Assembly (NCBI GenBank): GCA_965285935.1
Contig: OZ260664.1
Span: forward strand, 4,030,001 to 4,094,000
Length of the DNA stretch: 64,000 nt
DNA from: Ophelia neglecta
Taxonomy: Eukaryota
Reading direction: 5' to 3'
Shown: positions 36,501 to 50,340 of the stretch, piece by piece
Numbering within the stretch: the stretch's first letter is position 1
Layout of the letters: each line of letters opens with the position of its first letter
Notes under the pieces: generated by a model
Told to the model about the DNA's origin: nothing
Database searches by the model: none
Seen by the model: the letters and a program-made list of their open reading frames with translations, nothing else
Made by a program: the position numbers and the translations under genes

Positions 36501-38079
36501 ATATCCGGGCAACCTTGACTGCAGATTGATAACCATCCAACCAATTTCAAAGACAATTATATTGCTATCTCAGTTAATTCAATCCGACGGCGATCCATCA
36601 TGCTTTAAATCTCCCACAGCCCACTCATGTGTACTCGGTATCTTCGAAGGATATGTTATCCAACGATTTAGGTCAAACATTGGCAATCTCGAAAATCTAA
36701 TAATGTGGTGGATCTACGCATTAGGCAAGTTGTGAGTTTACTGCACATATCGATATTCAGAGACTTGAAAATTTCGCTTGCTAAGTGCTCAATGATCTTA
36801 GCCGAACGGACAAGTTTAGAACTCGTTGCAACTCCGATTCAATTGACTATACTTGGTGACTGCGACTGGCCGATATTCCCTCCCATTTCCTTTGGAACAT
36901 TAATCGGAAGTGTCGGGTCACTAATAAGCATTGTTTACTTGAAAGAAAAAGGATTTCTTGATGAAAAGGAATGCGCAGTGGTTTTGTTTGTTCCTCGCGT
37001 GCCTTTGGAAGGTTAAAATAAGATGTAGCAAAATCCAAGGGATGATCTTTCGATCATGTATAGTAATGATTTATGAAAACATAAATGTAATCGAGTCAAT
37101 GCTGGAATACTGATTTTGTTTTGTCTGCTTCATTTTTTTAATGTCCCCTTTACGTTTAGTTGTATTTTACATTACTGTTGTTACTTATTTATAAGAATAA
37201 AGACACTTTTTCTCACAAAACGTTTGTGTTCCCATCCGACATCCTTCCTCAGTCGATGATTTAATTCCCACTCTAAGCCATTTAGTTTTTAATGCAGGTG
37301 CCAAAATTGTCTCAATACATTTTTTCTGTGAGAGCCTGCATCTGACTGCCTCTGATGATTTTGCATCTATTTAGTGTTTGGTTGTCAAACATGTTTACAT
37401 TTAATACGGTTTCGATCCTTGCATTTTCAAAGATAGATACAAATCCTGGTTACAAATAACATTAGGCCGTAAGGCGACAATAATATCCTTGCCTAATCTA
37501 ATCGCACAATACCATAATGCACGCTTTGTTGAGTGTCCAAATTAGTAATACCATATATTAGTCCTCTGGTATCAATGAATACAGTTTGCAGACAATACTA
37601 TTTCAACTGTTTCAAAAGCATTAAACTGACACATCTGGTTATATTATAATTGCTCCTTCACACAAACTTATAGCAGAATACCGATTTCAGCCACCCTGTG
37701 TTATCTCATGCCCAGGCCTTGTTATCCTGTGGCCGGATTTCATTCAGGTATCTCACAGTGAATTAGTTTTCTACCGCTACCGACTGTTTACCACATATAA
37801 CACCACATGTTGACAAGTGGAACAATTGACTCACGAGAGGGAACCCTTTGTCAGCATTAGCAAATTCCGGTCTACTAAGTTTGCCATTGAACCGATCTCT
37901 GTGGCTCTTACCGGCCAGTCAAACTGCAGCTTAGTAGCTCTTGTCCTAGAATCTATAAATGTATTGGCAGACCGATATTGGCTATCTGTGTGTTGGCTAT
38001 ATTTATCGTCTAAACAAGGCAAGCGTGACATTATAGCCTGACTGAGCCACATTAGAGGAAAAACGTGAATAAATTATCT

Positions 38080-38214
38080 GTCTGAAACAATGTTTGTATT
38101 GTGCATCTTATTGTTTCAACATACATGAATATCTACTCTTTTTTTTTCATTTGTAAATTGAATTACCTTTGTAGTAGGTCTAAATAAAATTCGTCTGAAT
38201 CTGAATCTGAATCT
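38080..38214 (+). mobile_element. Probable LINE 3' end stub with (TCTGAA)3 tail
   Basis: T-rich segment, AATAAA, then TCTGAATCTGAATCTGAATCT (38194-38214). The 5' boundary is a guess. Confidence 0.4.
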
Positions 38215-41026
38215 ATACAATTTTGTTAATTACATTTTAAGTTTATTTTGCGCTAGGAACTGAGAATCGATGAAACTTACAATGTGGCTTTTGGTTCCTG
38301 TTGATTTCGGATCAGTTTAATGGACTTTCCTTGATTAATGATTTTTGTAAATAGCATTCATAAAACATATAAATAGAGGGTATTTTTTACCGACATTGAT
38401 ATAGTCTTCTGATTGACAGCCTCTTACAGTCTGATTCCAAGAGAAACATTATCGGCTAAAGTGCTGGTTTTAGTGTACCCTTATTGTAAATAGATGTGAA
38501 TGTCAGCCACATAACATACCTATGTACGACTAATACACTAGTGTGTCCATGTCTATGTCTACTGTTTTTGCTGTAATGTGTTGTGTGGCAATGTAATTAT
38601 TGGTCCATACCAATTCGGCAAACCAAGTCATGCGATTGTATTTTCGCCATTGTCTTAAAAGCCTTAAAAACACCCATATTCCGCGACCATTTATTGAACT
38701 ACAAATAGATGAAGCTTTGCCAGCACTTTTGTATGTAACTTGAGCCGTAATCCTCTTAGAGGAGTGCCCTGGCGAACCACGCACCACTAAGCATACTTAG
38801 ACCCTCCCGCTTTCAAATTACTGATTAATAAATAAACATCTAGGCAATCATATATAGTGAGAGAGAGGTGAAAAGCCGGTATGAAGCGTAATGTCAGCAG
38901 TGGATTGCTTATTTAGAGGAAATTGATTGAGGAAATATTGAGAAAACAGCTTTCATGTTAGGAATGCTTCCTTGGATAAATGGGGGTTGGAGTGTGTTGT
39001 GGGCCAAAACGAAAAAACAGACTGTTGGCCATATGTTGAAAAGGCAGTTAAGTGGCAAACTAAGGACAAAAAATAGTATGTTTGTGCCGAAGTTAGTAGG
39101 ATTATGTACTTTTTATCTCATATCACCGAAACTGATAAATAATCGCAAAAATGAGAGTTCGGAAGAAATAAATAACGCCCCCCCCCCCCCCCTCCCACAC
39201 ACACACAACACACTTTCGGCGAATGCTGTGATAATCGCAATTCCCAATAATTTCCAGTTCGTGAAAATGGGTAATTTCCTGCTTCTGATGACTGCAGACA
39301 GATTTAATGGACGATTCTTGATCAATGATTTGACTTTGTCTTCCTCTTATCCTATCCTTAGCACATTCATATTATTTTTGTTTAAATTACATGGTGAAAT
39401 ATAATTTGCCAATTTTTCCCGCTATAGGTTATTTCGTGGTTTATGCTACAAGATTTAGGATCCAGCAAATAGCGCATGGCTAATCGGTGATATCAATACT
39501 CTGTTTGAGATATTTCATTATGTTACCTGTTTGTTAACAGTTTGGGAGCTGGAGATTGATTTATTGATTGTATGCGGTTCCGTGGGTGCTAGTTTAATTG
39601 ACGACGTTTGACAAGTGATTTAACTTTGTGTTCCGGGAAAGCGTTTGCTTTATTTGGCGAGGATTAATTGTAAACTAGATGCATATGGTGATGAGCTCAC
39701 TAGTTGAGAAAAATATAAACTGTAAAATTTCTTGTACGTAGGGCAATCGCATACATGACACTTGTCCGACTTGAAAAAGTCGCATTATTGTCCATTTCGT
39801 GATTTTTTCCTGGTTTACACTATCTATATAGTGCTGTTTTAGCTGAAAACCACTCGTCAACACATAAGTTTAACTAGCTATAAAATCATTCTACACATTT
39901 TACTAAGAGTGATGCTGAAAATAGCATAGTAGAAACCGACGTAGTTCAATACTATAATCCGACGTCATTTCTGTCTCACGCCATGTTGTTATGAGTCACG
40001 CCATCATTCATTAAATCTACACAGCCGGGCCTTTTGTACAAGCTGTCCTGCCACAGAACACTTATATCGACTCAACTAAAGCCTCCATATAATGACAGCT
40101 TGAACAATCGAATCTCCATGTGAAGCCATTTATGTCAAACCGAAATTGCCTGACTATTAACTTCACATTTGAGCCACTTCCTGTGCCCCATTCAGGCAGA
40201 TAGCACCAAAGCATATAATACATTTCGCCCGCGTATTTGAAATTCGCCTGACATTTCTAACGGGACTGTTCATGTGCAGATTGTATTTATGGTCTGAATT
40301 TATCAAGCGGAACAGTCTGACCTTACAACACGACATTACTGAACAAAGAAACGATCAATCAGATGTGTCCTTCAGTCTAGCTTTATAAAATTACTTCGAC
40401 TACTTTCTAATACAGGAAAACAACGCCAACAAAAAATGGCACTAAGTGCGACTAATTGTAGGATTGGACGATGCAAACATGAAAGATAATAAATAAATAT
40501 TGCACTTTTGAGTAGTCGTCAACATCAAACGATGTTTATCTTTCAAACAATTTTCCATCATGCGAGTCAGAAGACAAGAACATGAAGAGTATTGTATACA
40601 AACAACACGATGGTGGATAAAAAGCTCGGGAATTCATGCCATGATACACACGAGTTTACTTAGCCTACCCTCATCTAAATTATATGGATTGCAACTAAAG
40701 AAACAATTACGAACAGCAACAAAATACGTTTTATTGTTACCAAATTACAATAAGTATTTAAGGCAGAAGAATCAACTCGTACCTTCACAACGAGATTTTC
40801 ACGGATCATATTTTCACATTTATATATTGGCATTCATGCTTCTATCTTATAGCAATGAAAGAAAAAATATACATACATAAATGTAAGTTTAGGAAAAATC
40901 AAAACAAATGATAATTCTTATTGTATCCGCTATGCTTTAGTACTAAGTTTCACATGAATGGCTTATTTGCAACAACTGCCGCCATGGCAACAGTTATGAT
41001 TTTTATCTTCCATGGGGTGGATATTG

Positions 41027-42157
41027 CTATCCATAGTTTCCTTGCTTTGTCCGTAGGATGTTAGCTCTGGCAATGTTAAATTGGTGTCTTTGGAGCGGAA
41101 CTGCCTCGTGTGTCAAATGGGTAACGCTCGTAGAAAACCTCACGGTGAATGTATCCTTCATAACACTGCGGAACCTTCGTCCAAAGATTAGGTAGATAAA
41201 GAAATTAATCGATGAGTTGATAACCATTAGTAATTGACTCACCACATTAAATTTGATAAGTCCCGTGCTGAATGCTCGCGTGAATATGGCGGTTTTGACC
41301 TTTCTCTCGACCAGCGTTGCTAGTCTCAGAAACAATTCGGGCGTTTCGCAGATGATAAAGACCACAACGATTATCACTAAAACCAGCGAAGCAGAGTTTT
41401 CCCCGTAATCTGGGCTGTAGGTACAATCTCGTTGACGTTTCTTTGAGTATTGAATAGCCTGCACGAGACGAGAATTCATGTATGAAAGTATCATCAGCGG
41501 TAAGACATACAATAGCACTATATACGCCCCCTGTTGATAGATGTCATAATAGAGGGGATGGTTAAATTGGGGGCTGATCACACTACGGCTGATAGTAGTA
41601 TTGGTGCACGGATTGAACCATTCAACTATACAGCTCTCAAAGTATCTGGGTAAGTTATACAGACATCCCAAGATAAAAACGCCCCCAGCGGCCTTTCGCT
41701 GTGTACGCTTATTAAACATCTGAGGAGCGTAGAATGGCTTACACACATAGATGTACCGATCTATCGTCACGAGCATCATGGTCCAAATTGTGATTGTCTG
41801 GCAAGTCTTTAACATGGGAAATACTACTGGCTGCATCAGAATATAGTTTCGGTATACAGGGAGGAGGTGTTTGAGCGGATATCTAAGAATAGAAACCAAT
41901 AAATAAAGTCCATCTGCCACTGCCAGGGCCTGAAGTAGTAACAAGGCCTCTCGTCTCTCCTTGTCTCGGCGGAGGACAATTATAGTCACCACATTACCAA
42001 ATATACCCACCACACACATCAGGCCGATCAGGTAAAGCTCTATCACAAGCTCCAATTTTGTTCCTCGATATCGACTTGAAACAGTGGTGTCGTTGTCATG
42101 GTTACGAGGACATTGGGTAATGTTCATCATAATTAATCCACATCCTTCATTAAACAT
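41027..42157 (-). CDS. Class A 7TM GPCR, FMRFamide-receptor-like (paralog 2)
   Basis: 376-aa ATG-initiated ORF, colinear with paralog 1; LAVAD, DRY, CETP, NSSINFFIY. Confidence 0.95.
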   Translation of the reverse strand: MFNEGCGLIMMNITQCPRNHDNDTTVSSRYRGTKLELVIELYLIGLMCVVGIFGNVVTIIVLRRDKERREALLLLQALAVADGLYLLVSILRYPLKHLLPVYRNYILMQPVVFPMLKTCQTITIWTMMLVTIDRYIYVCKPFYAPQMFNKRTQRKAAGGVFILGCLYNLPRYFESCIVEWFNPCTNTTISRSVISPQFNHPLYYDIYQQGAYIVLLYVLPLMILSYMNSRLVQAIQYSKKRQRDCTYSPDYGENSASLVLVIIVVVFIICETPELFLRLATLVERKVKTAIFTRAFSTGLIKFNVVSQLLMVINSSINFFIYLIFGRRFRSVMKDTFTVRFSTSVTHLTHEAVPLQRHQFNIARANILRTKQGNYG

Positions 42158-45100
42158 TTTTGGAATTAGGTAATCTGATGGGTGGGATTAATGTCTTCAA
42201 ATCCAATGTTTTGCTAACATTTAGTTCAGTTATTGAATGTTATTTGCATCGGCTTTAGGTTTTACCACGTGGAGATTTTTATGACGTATTTCGGCGTACG
42301 ACATTATTTAGTTGCAATGACAACTATCTAAATACTGAATATATGTTTGACAGCATGTTTTATTCATTAACAAACGGTTGCCGCCTAGACACTCGTATGC
42401 CTGCAGACTCTCGGCATTTACAGTCAAATATCGCCGCTGCGATACTCGACTGTGTGTAGACCCTCGGCAAGTACAGTCCGCCGCCTTGACACTCGTATGC
42501 TTGTTGATGCTTGGCATGTAAAGTCAAAGGTCACCGCTCTGAATGTCGTATTTAATACTCATCAACAAGCCCCCAATGTGTTAACTATTAGGTCGGCGGG
42601 GGCGGTGGGCTCTTAAACAGTTTCCATCTACAAAGGTCATGCACACTTGTCAAACATGGCACGTTGTAAGAGTCACACGTGACATGGGAATTGTGGTACA
42701 AACTTAAGTTTCAATAAGGGGAAAGTATGTTGCTATGTATGTATCCAACAGCATCCATCATTTTCTATGACTAATCTTAAAGCATGTGTTAATCCATTTA
42801 GCGGTCAACCGGTTTGATTGAAAATATAATAGGCAAAATGGTCCGAATGTCCTTCATCCATTGACTGCAGCATAATAACTACTATTGCGACGTAAATAAC
42901 CGGCTGCCATGTAGAATTATCAATATTGTCCAGCCATATGATTGGCTTCACTCTTAATGCGAGGCCCCAACACAGTATCACAGGGTGCACTATAACCCAG
43001 TGTTATCTCTATTGGACTCCGCGCAGTGAGTTATGCGTTTAGCGTCCTGCTTCACTGCAAATCATTGAAGTTTGTGGGTATGATGAACTAACATGCCTGG
43101 TGTGTCGAATATAGGCGCGGCGAATCCATAGCTTACATCGATATTTCCAAAGTGGTAGCACTCAGGTCTCGAATGGCATAGTTCACCATTTGATTACTCA
43201 GTCTCCTCCAGTTGTCGACCTGTCAAGTTATAATTACACATTCGTTCATAAACCTAGATCGTGTTTGGACACAGTCGCCCTTATACGTAGTACGTGTTTT
43301 AGCTTGAGGCTGACGATAATCATTGGCTAATGAACTTGAGTTATGTCCTTAAGTACGAGTTACTATGACACACAGGACGACAGTGTTGATATCATTCGCG
43401 ATAAGGATATATTAAATTAGACCGCATCTAAGTTTTTGTGTCGAGTTTGTATGTATATCGTCTCATCAATTATCTATTTCCAAACATAATTGGAATGGCA
43501 AACTGATTCTAACATCTTTGCTCCGTGGACCTCGATACTAGGACGCATTCCATGAATTTTCTGCTGTCTTTTCATAAACCTGGTAAAAATAACACGAAAT
43601 GATTAGTGTTTGTTATATGTCCAAAGACTTGAAAGATATACTATATATTTTATAAGTAACTTTTTTTTCAGAATGACCCTAGCCTTCGCAATATTGCTGA
43701 TTCTTGAATTGATTTAAATAAAGTGTTATGGAATGAAAAGAAATGTCGACCAAGAGGTGTTACATGGACATTAACTACAAGATAAATATACTACTACAGT
43801 AGCTACCAAACTCATTTGATGTTTGTTGACTACTTTTCATGGGATATCAATTAAATTTATTATTATCAATTTCAATACAATGGAATCTACCGTTTGGGAG
43901 GAGGTACTTGGTCCCCTTGTGGGCTTACAGATAATGTTTCCTTGTTATTGAGGAGCGATTTGATTGTCTTTTGATAATTAATGACTTTACTTTACCTGCT
44001 GGCTATCAATTCCCGTTTCTTGGTCTTAATGTCATAATCACATAGACCAACGACCCTCGATCTGTCTTCACCACAAACTAGCATCCCGCATATTCGGCTA
44101 ACCCAACACTACCGATGATGTGATGAATTAATAATTGATGTTTCAATGTTGCTAATGGACATGGCCCGAACACATTTATGACTTTTGTCGATTGGGAATA
44201 CAACTGGAAAAGGAAAGGGCGTCGCCATGTTACACGCATGGGAGAAACAAGTTCGATCAGGCTTGTTTTACAAGTCTCGCGAAACTTATCATGTACAATG
44301 TTTTATGATAAAATGTGGTGAACACTTACAAATATCGCGATATATCTTGCGGTCACTGAACGTTTACATTAGTCATTTGGGCTGCAGATAAAAGAAACTA
44401 TTGCAACTGCTATGAAGGATTATGCCACAAGTTGGGTTGAGAAACCCGGTTGCTCATTATCAAGACAGGTTCCCCAGTTTATGATTGGCATATAGTTCTA
44501 GCCAAATATGTAATGTACTTGTTGTGTTTAATCCTGTTATAGGGCACGCAAACTAGATTACCAAAGTAGGCTAATAACTTTGTAACTCATTGACACTCCC
44601 CGATGCTTGTTCGTTGGGGTTTTATTTTGAAAAAATTACCAATCAATTTCTCTTTCTTATATTTGCCCCGTTTGGCTGGAAATTTATGACAGCCTCCGAA
44701 TCAAGCTCCAAATCAGCATTTGTTAAAAGGGTTTAAATATGAAAAAAAAAATCAATTGCAAGCTCTATGGGGAAGCATTGGTTGAGCACTTAATAGATTG
44801 AACCATTGAATATCTGTCGCCGAGCACTGATGCGTAGCCGAAGTTAGTTGTTCAACCCATGATTTAGCATATGCCGAATAAAAAACCTCGCTCTCAAGAA
44901 CTTTCGTTAATATTCAATATATTGGAAACAGCGACTACATATATAGAAACTTTTATATAGTTTTTATTGAGAATGGTACCTACTGCTAACATTCGGTAAA
45001 AAACTTCTGGTATTTATGGAAACTGACAACCGACCATTCAGTAATAAATGTTGATAGCGTCTTTTGCGGGATCAAGCGGCAGTTAGTCTTTAGAAAAATG

Positions 45101-47928
45101 TCTAACAGAACAACGTTTCTTGAGAGGAGCAGGTCTGGTAGATATTTTCTCACAGGGGCATAATGGATATTCCCGGCAACACACCTCTACCATTTGCTGT
45201 CCAATAAATGAAGGGATCTAGCAAACAAAGTCATATATTGACGCTTAACACAGAATACTCTACTTCTGACATGGATTGATAACTAAACCTTGGGACCTTC
45301 ATGCATCTAAAGTTTGGGTAATAAAGCTAGGGCCCATTCTGACAGCAATGAATCACATAATCCAACTTCATGTTTTATGCTTTGTAAGTTAACCGCGTTT
45401 GCTGCAGCCGTAAACTATAAAAAGAGCAACTTACCTCGTTGGATAAGAGCGACCCATAATATGCATGGTATGTTATGGCAATCTCAATATGCCTACTATA
45501 CGTCTGTGTTATACACGCTTGGTAGCTGGTGATTTCAACTAATCCTGGGTACGGCCTGATTGGCTGAATGAGGAGGCTGGGTACTGCGAACCTCTCTGCG
45601 AGGCAACCAATAGTAGTGATAACACGCTGCAGAAAAAAGGCCTATGACCGTCATCCCAGGCTCAGTCTTGCTCTATGAAACCCGCTTTCAATGGCAGGTT
45701 TGCGCTCACTTGTACATTTACTGCAACCAACGCTCATTGAAAGTCGCTCAGCCGCCTACGAATCCTGCGGGCCGCTGTATCAGGCAGCATTGTCTGGTTA
45801 AAGGGGCCGCATTCATGTGGGTAGCCACATTTCTAGGTGATAACTCAACTAGATAAATAGTTTTGGATGGGGTCGCTTCACGCGCTATTTAAACTTCGTG
45901 GATATGCTATATATCGTAATAGCCTGTGGTTGACACATGGAATGTTAAAAGCCAATTCATACAGGAACATGATTCTACGTTTGAGAGGCCGTCAACAATC
46001 AGCCGAAAAGAACAATTATGTTCCCGGTCAGGCCAAGCACACACTTGGACATTTCCTTTGCAAAACAAAATATGGTATTTACTAAGTTAAACCGATTTGC
46101 TTTTTCATACAGGACACACTACAAGATGACCACATCTTTTAAACGCCCACATGTGCCGCATATACAGGAAGATTGCAAGTCACCGTTTTGCAAGTCACTA
46201 TTGCCGAAGCGCTTTTCAACCGCCGTTACGTCCTCCCTTTTCAATTCATCTTCAATTTATTAATTAACCCATGCTTATTAAATAGTAAGCACAGTATACA
46301 AATAAAATCCACACACAATCTTATTATTAATCGAAAATACATGAATTTAGAATACAAAACAATACAAAACATTACTTACATACGAACTAAAAATAAATGG
46401 TCAACGTACATGGATCTTAGTGGGGTATGTACCCTTATAAATATAATGCTCGGTAATGCTTTTGCCTCGTGGCTCATGTCTAGACAGCCCATATGCAGAG
46501 TATAATTCTGTACCATTTCCTTCAGTATTTCATACGGAGTAATCCAGTTAGTACTTTTTTCATCGGCAAGACGTGCCGATCTGCGCATTGTCGATTGTGG
46601 AGAAATGTGGTGTTTACATTCAAGGACATTTGCCTTCTTCTAATGGTCAGCATGATATAGGCAATCTGTATCTCATTAGGGGTAATCCACACCAACGATA
46701 AGAGCTCAGGTTCAAACCATTAGATGTCTAAACAACATGTACATGTATATAAGAGGGAATTTAAAAAAAAAAGTATAACGTTTTTATTTGGTAATTCTTC
46801 AAGCATATCAAAGGCAGCCACTGCGAAACATGCTATATTGAAGTTGGCAAGGGTTCATCCACTAAATATGTTCAGGCAGCCTTTATGTCCAAATTTAAAG
46901 CCATGCAAATGTGCACTTATGGCCTCCTCCTTCCACAAAGGAAAACTAATGACTTTCAATCCATTCACATTACAGAAGCCAATGACGACATTAGGAAGAC
47001 AAAAATGATTGGAAACGCGGTACGCAAGGAAAAGTATTATACTTTTCTATAAGACCCCTCCCCGCGCCGTTCTATCGCCCTTTGCCTATTATATGTCAAC
47101 GCTTCATCTTACACTCGGTGCCGAACTTGGGCGAGTTAGGTTCACTTCTTAGCAAACTCCACATATTTATCATTACAAAAACCAATATTATAAGACACCA
47201 ATTTTAGGATACAAATGTGTTCACACAAAATATCAAATTGATTTCATATATATATATAAGAAACACTTTAAATGATAAATCAATGGTGTAGAATAAGTGT
47301 AAACTTTTGATTAGATGTGCACTATCACGATGAATCGTATTACCACAAAGGGGAGCAGAAGCAGCGCATTGTCCATCTCCGTAAACTGGAAGTTTTATTG
47401 TTTGACTGACCAGCAAAAGCAATGTTGTCTTTCCAGATGTCACTTCTGAGAGGGCACTGTCTTGAGGACCGGAAGGCATTGTATGCATTGGCAGAGGGCG
47501 TTGCGCAGGGTTTAACCAGAACCATGTATAACGGCCAGCTTGTCGATATGTGGTGTTATTTCAATTCCATGTTATCGCAGGTTCCTGGAGGCATTTTCAT
47601 TCGTTGCATGCGTTCAACTAAAGCCTGACTCATTTTCACGATGACAGTGACATTTTTATTTTTAATATATAATGTTATATCGAACAATCCAAGAATAGCT
47701 TGAGAATGGATAAGGGGGTTGGACTCTGCCAATACCCTTTAGGGGCAGGCGACCTAATGCGAGTAAATTTACGAGAGTTGGTTCGGTACTTCCAACTTAG
47801 AGCAACCATGAAATACAGCGAGAACTCATCCTTTAGGTGATAAACCAGAGTCACGAAGTAAGTATTGCAAATATATGTAAATTTGGGAAAACATTATTTC
47901 TCAAACTGCTTTATATTTCCCAATCGAT

Positions 47929-50340
47929 TTGCGTCTTATAGCAACTTACCAGAAAGCAGATTGCGTCAAACTTAAGAGGTTCCTTCCACGGGTGGGCTCT
48001 CAGGGGAAATATACCGAATGGGATACCGAGCTAAAAAGGAGAATTTCAGTCCCACGAGTGAAGGCGCTTACACAAACGAAGAGAATGAAAAGTGAAAATC
48101 GAATTTTCAAGCTTTTTGGAAGAGTGAAAATCCAATTGTCAAGCTTTTTGGAAGAGCGCAACGTAAAAAAGAGAAGGAAAGACATGACGATCCCACATGT
48201 GATATTGACTTGAACTAAGCCCAGTCGTTGAAAAAACGGAGGCAAATATTAAACATCAGCATTAACTTGTGAGAAGAAAGATCAGCACTCCCCACCACTC
48301 CCAAGACGCTACTCAGAATATAGTGCCCGCAGAAGATGATCATAAAGACGATTTTGGGTGGCCCAAACCCCCGTGGGCGCAGCGGAAGCAGCCGGCCACA
48401 TACCCAACAACAACTCAACAAAAGGCGTATACCGGCAGGGCGAGTAATACAACCAATACCCCTGGCAAACCCAGAGGGCCGAAAGGAGCGTAAACTCATA
48501 AACTCATAACTGTCTGGGTGGGACATGTTAGTCAATAATGATGACATACATCACGATATACGTAGCCAAAATGGGCACTATGGATACTACAACGGTATAT
48601 ATTAATAAAGTAAACACTAGGTGCATACATGGAAGTGTCGGGCACTTAATGCATCTGTTGAATATATCAAAGAGCTCTTAAACAAATATGACAATGTGGC
48701 GCTATATGAAGCTTTCCTATATAACTGCCAGCTTTATAAACTGGGTCACTTGGACAGTCGATTCTCATATATTCCAAGTTACAGCTCTCGCTTAAATGAC
48801 TGTCATTATGGTATTTTCATAGGCCAAGGTGGTGTACCAATATAATGGTCAAATGGCATAAACTATGTTAAGAATCGACAATGACAATGGTTGGAATATC
48901 TGAAATGCTATCCACACCCTTAAAGGAAGATTAATGTGATGCAGACTGTAAAAGAAACGATCTTCAACCAGATAACTCACGTTGAGTACAACCCTAGAAA
49001 CGCAAGGCCATAGAAGTAATTTGATTCAAAATAGGGTAAAATGATCCTGCCAATAATGATGACTATCGGAAAATTACCATATTGATTATCTTGTGTTTCA
49101 AGGGATTCTCGTGGAAAGACGGGAGTGCTGGATAGTCGCGCACAACACACTGCACCCTTTCCAAGTAGCCTCGCACAAATGATTCACCAAACGGCTTTCC
49201 TCCTGCTCGAAGACAATTTTACCCCTCCGGGAGGAGGTAAACACCTTACACGCCAGGTTTATTAACTGCCGATGGCGTACAACTGTCATTTACATACAAT
49301 TTACACGAAAGGAGTCCGGGGGAAATCCTTGTGAATGGCACGTGATTGTTACTTCGAAGTGCGGTTAAGATCGGTGTCTCATTTACGGACTGGTTCCTGG
49401 TCTTGCGCGGCATACATCAAGACAGACGACTGTTAATGCTCCTTTTTTCGAATAATTTTATGACGAGATGATCTTACAAGTCGCCGAATCGCGCCATGGG
49501 TGTGAGGTATACGGCAAAGGATAAGGAATTCCTCGTTTCACTGATGATGTGACTATACGGACAATGTATAAACGATCACTAAAAAGCATGAGTGACATAG
49601 TCGAGGCATTATGGTGAAATTGGAGACTAACAGTTAACATGAAAAGTGTGTTACCTTAAGGTCGGAGCTCTTAAAGCAAAGTCATCTACTGCCATGAATG
49701 AAGCAACACTTATCACCAAAGCCAGATGCAAGTTGACGCCCTAGAAGGAATTGGATCAGTATCTATGAAAGTGAATACTCGCAATCTCGCTTAATTGTAC
49801 TCTGCCCGGGAATTGTCTTTGTCCTATGATTAGAACAATCTGGCTCTTGGACGGACGGATATGCTTGACACAGAGCCCAGAGCTGCCGCGAAACGCATAC
49901 TGGGCCTCACGCAAATCCAGAGCAATCCAGCCATTGACACAGAACGGATTGTGGCTCCTCATACATAAGATACAGACAGCTGGTATATCTCCGAGGTCTT
50001 ATGGCGTCCCAGCTGACAACTTATATAGGAGACTAGCGTTTAGATATTTCATATCAGACCTAAACCAAAATAAAAGCGAAAATAGCCTAATGAGACTCAT
50101 GAATGAGGCACAGACAATACGAATCTTCAGAGTATTGGCTCCACACGTAAGCAATGCTAGTAAATTAATGTGGAAAAAGCATGCAAAGAAATCGTGCATG
50201 CAACAAGAAAAAACCCGTGGTGAGTAGAGACCCTGCACGATAACAAATTGCGTCTTTACAGAGACATCATGTAACATTATGCAGAATCAGAATTAACCTT
50301 GGAAAATTATAATAAAATTTAGACGAAGAGCCTAGCTACA
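47929..50340 (+). mobile_element. Decayed near-full-length LINE (APE endonuclease + RT remnants)
   Basis: 48621-48845 TWKCRAL...YIKELL..YD.VALYE.FL...GQGGVPI resembles an APE N-terminus. ~49390 WFLVLRGIHQ and 49537 FTDD are RT motifs. ~49860 AAAKRILGL is ORF2 C-terminal-like. Many stops; boundaries approximate. Confidence 0.65.
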
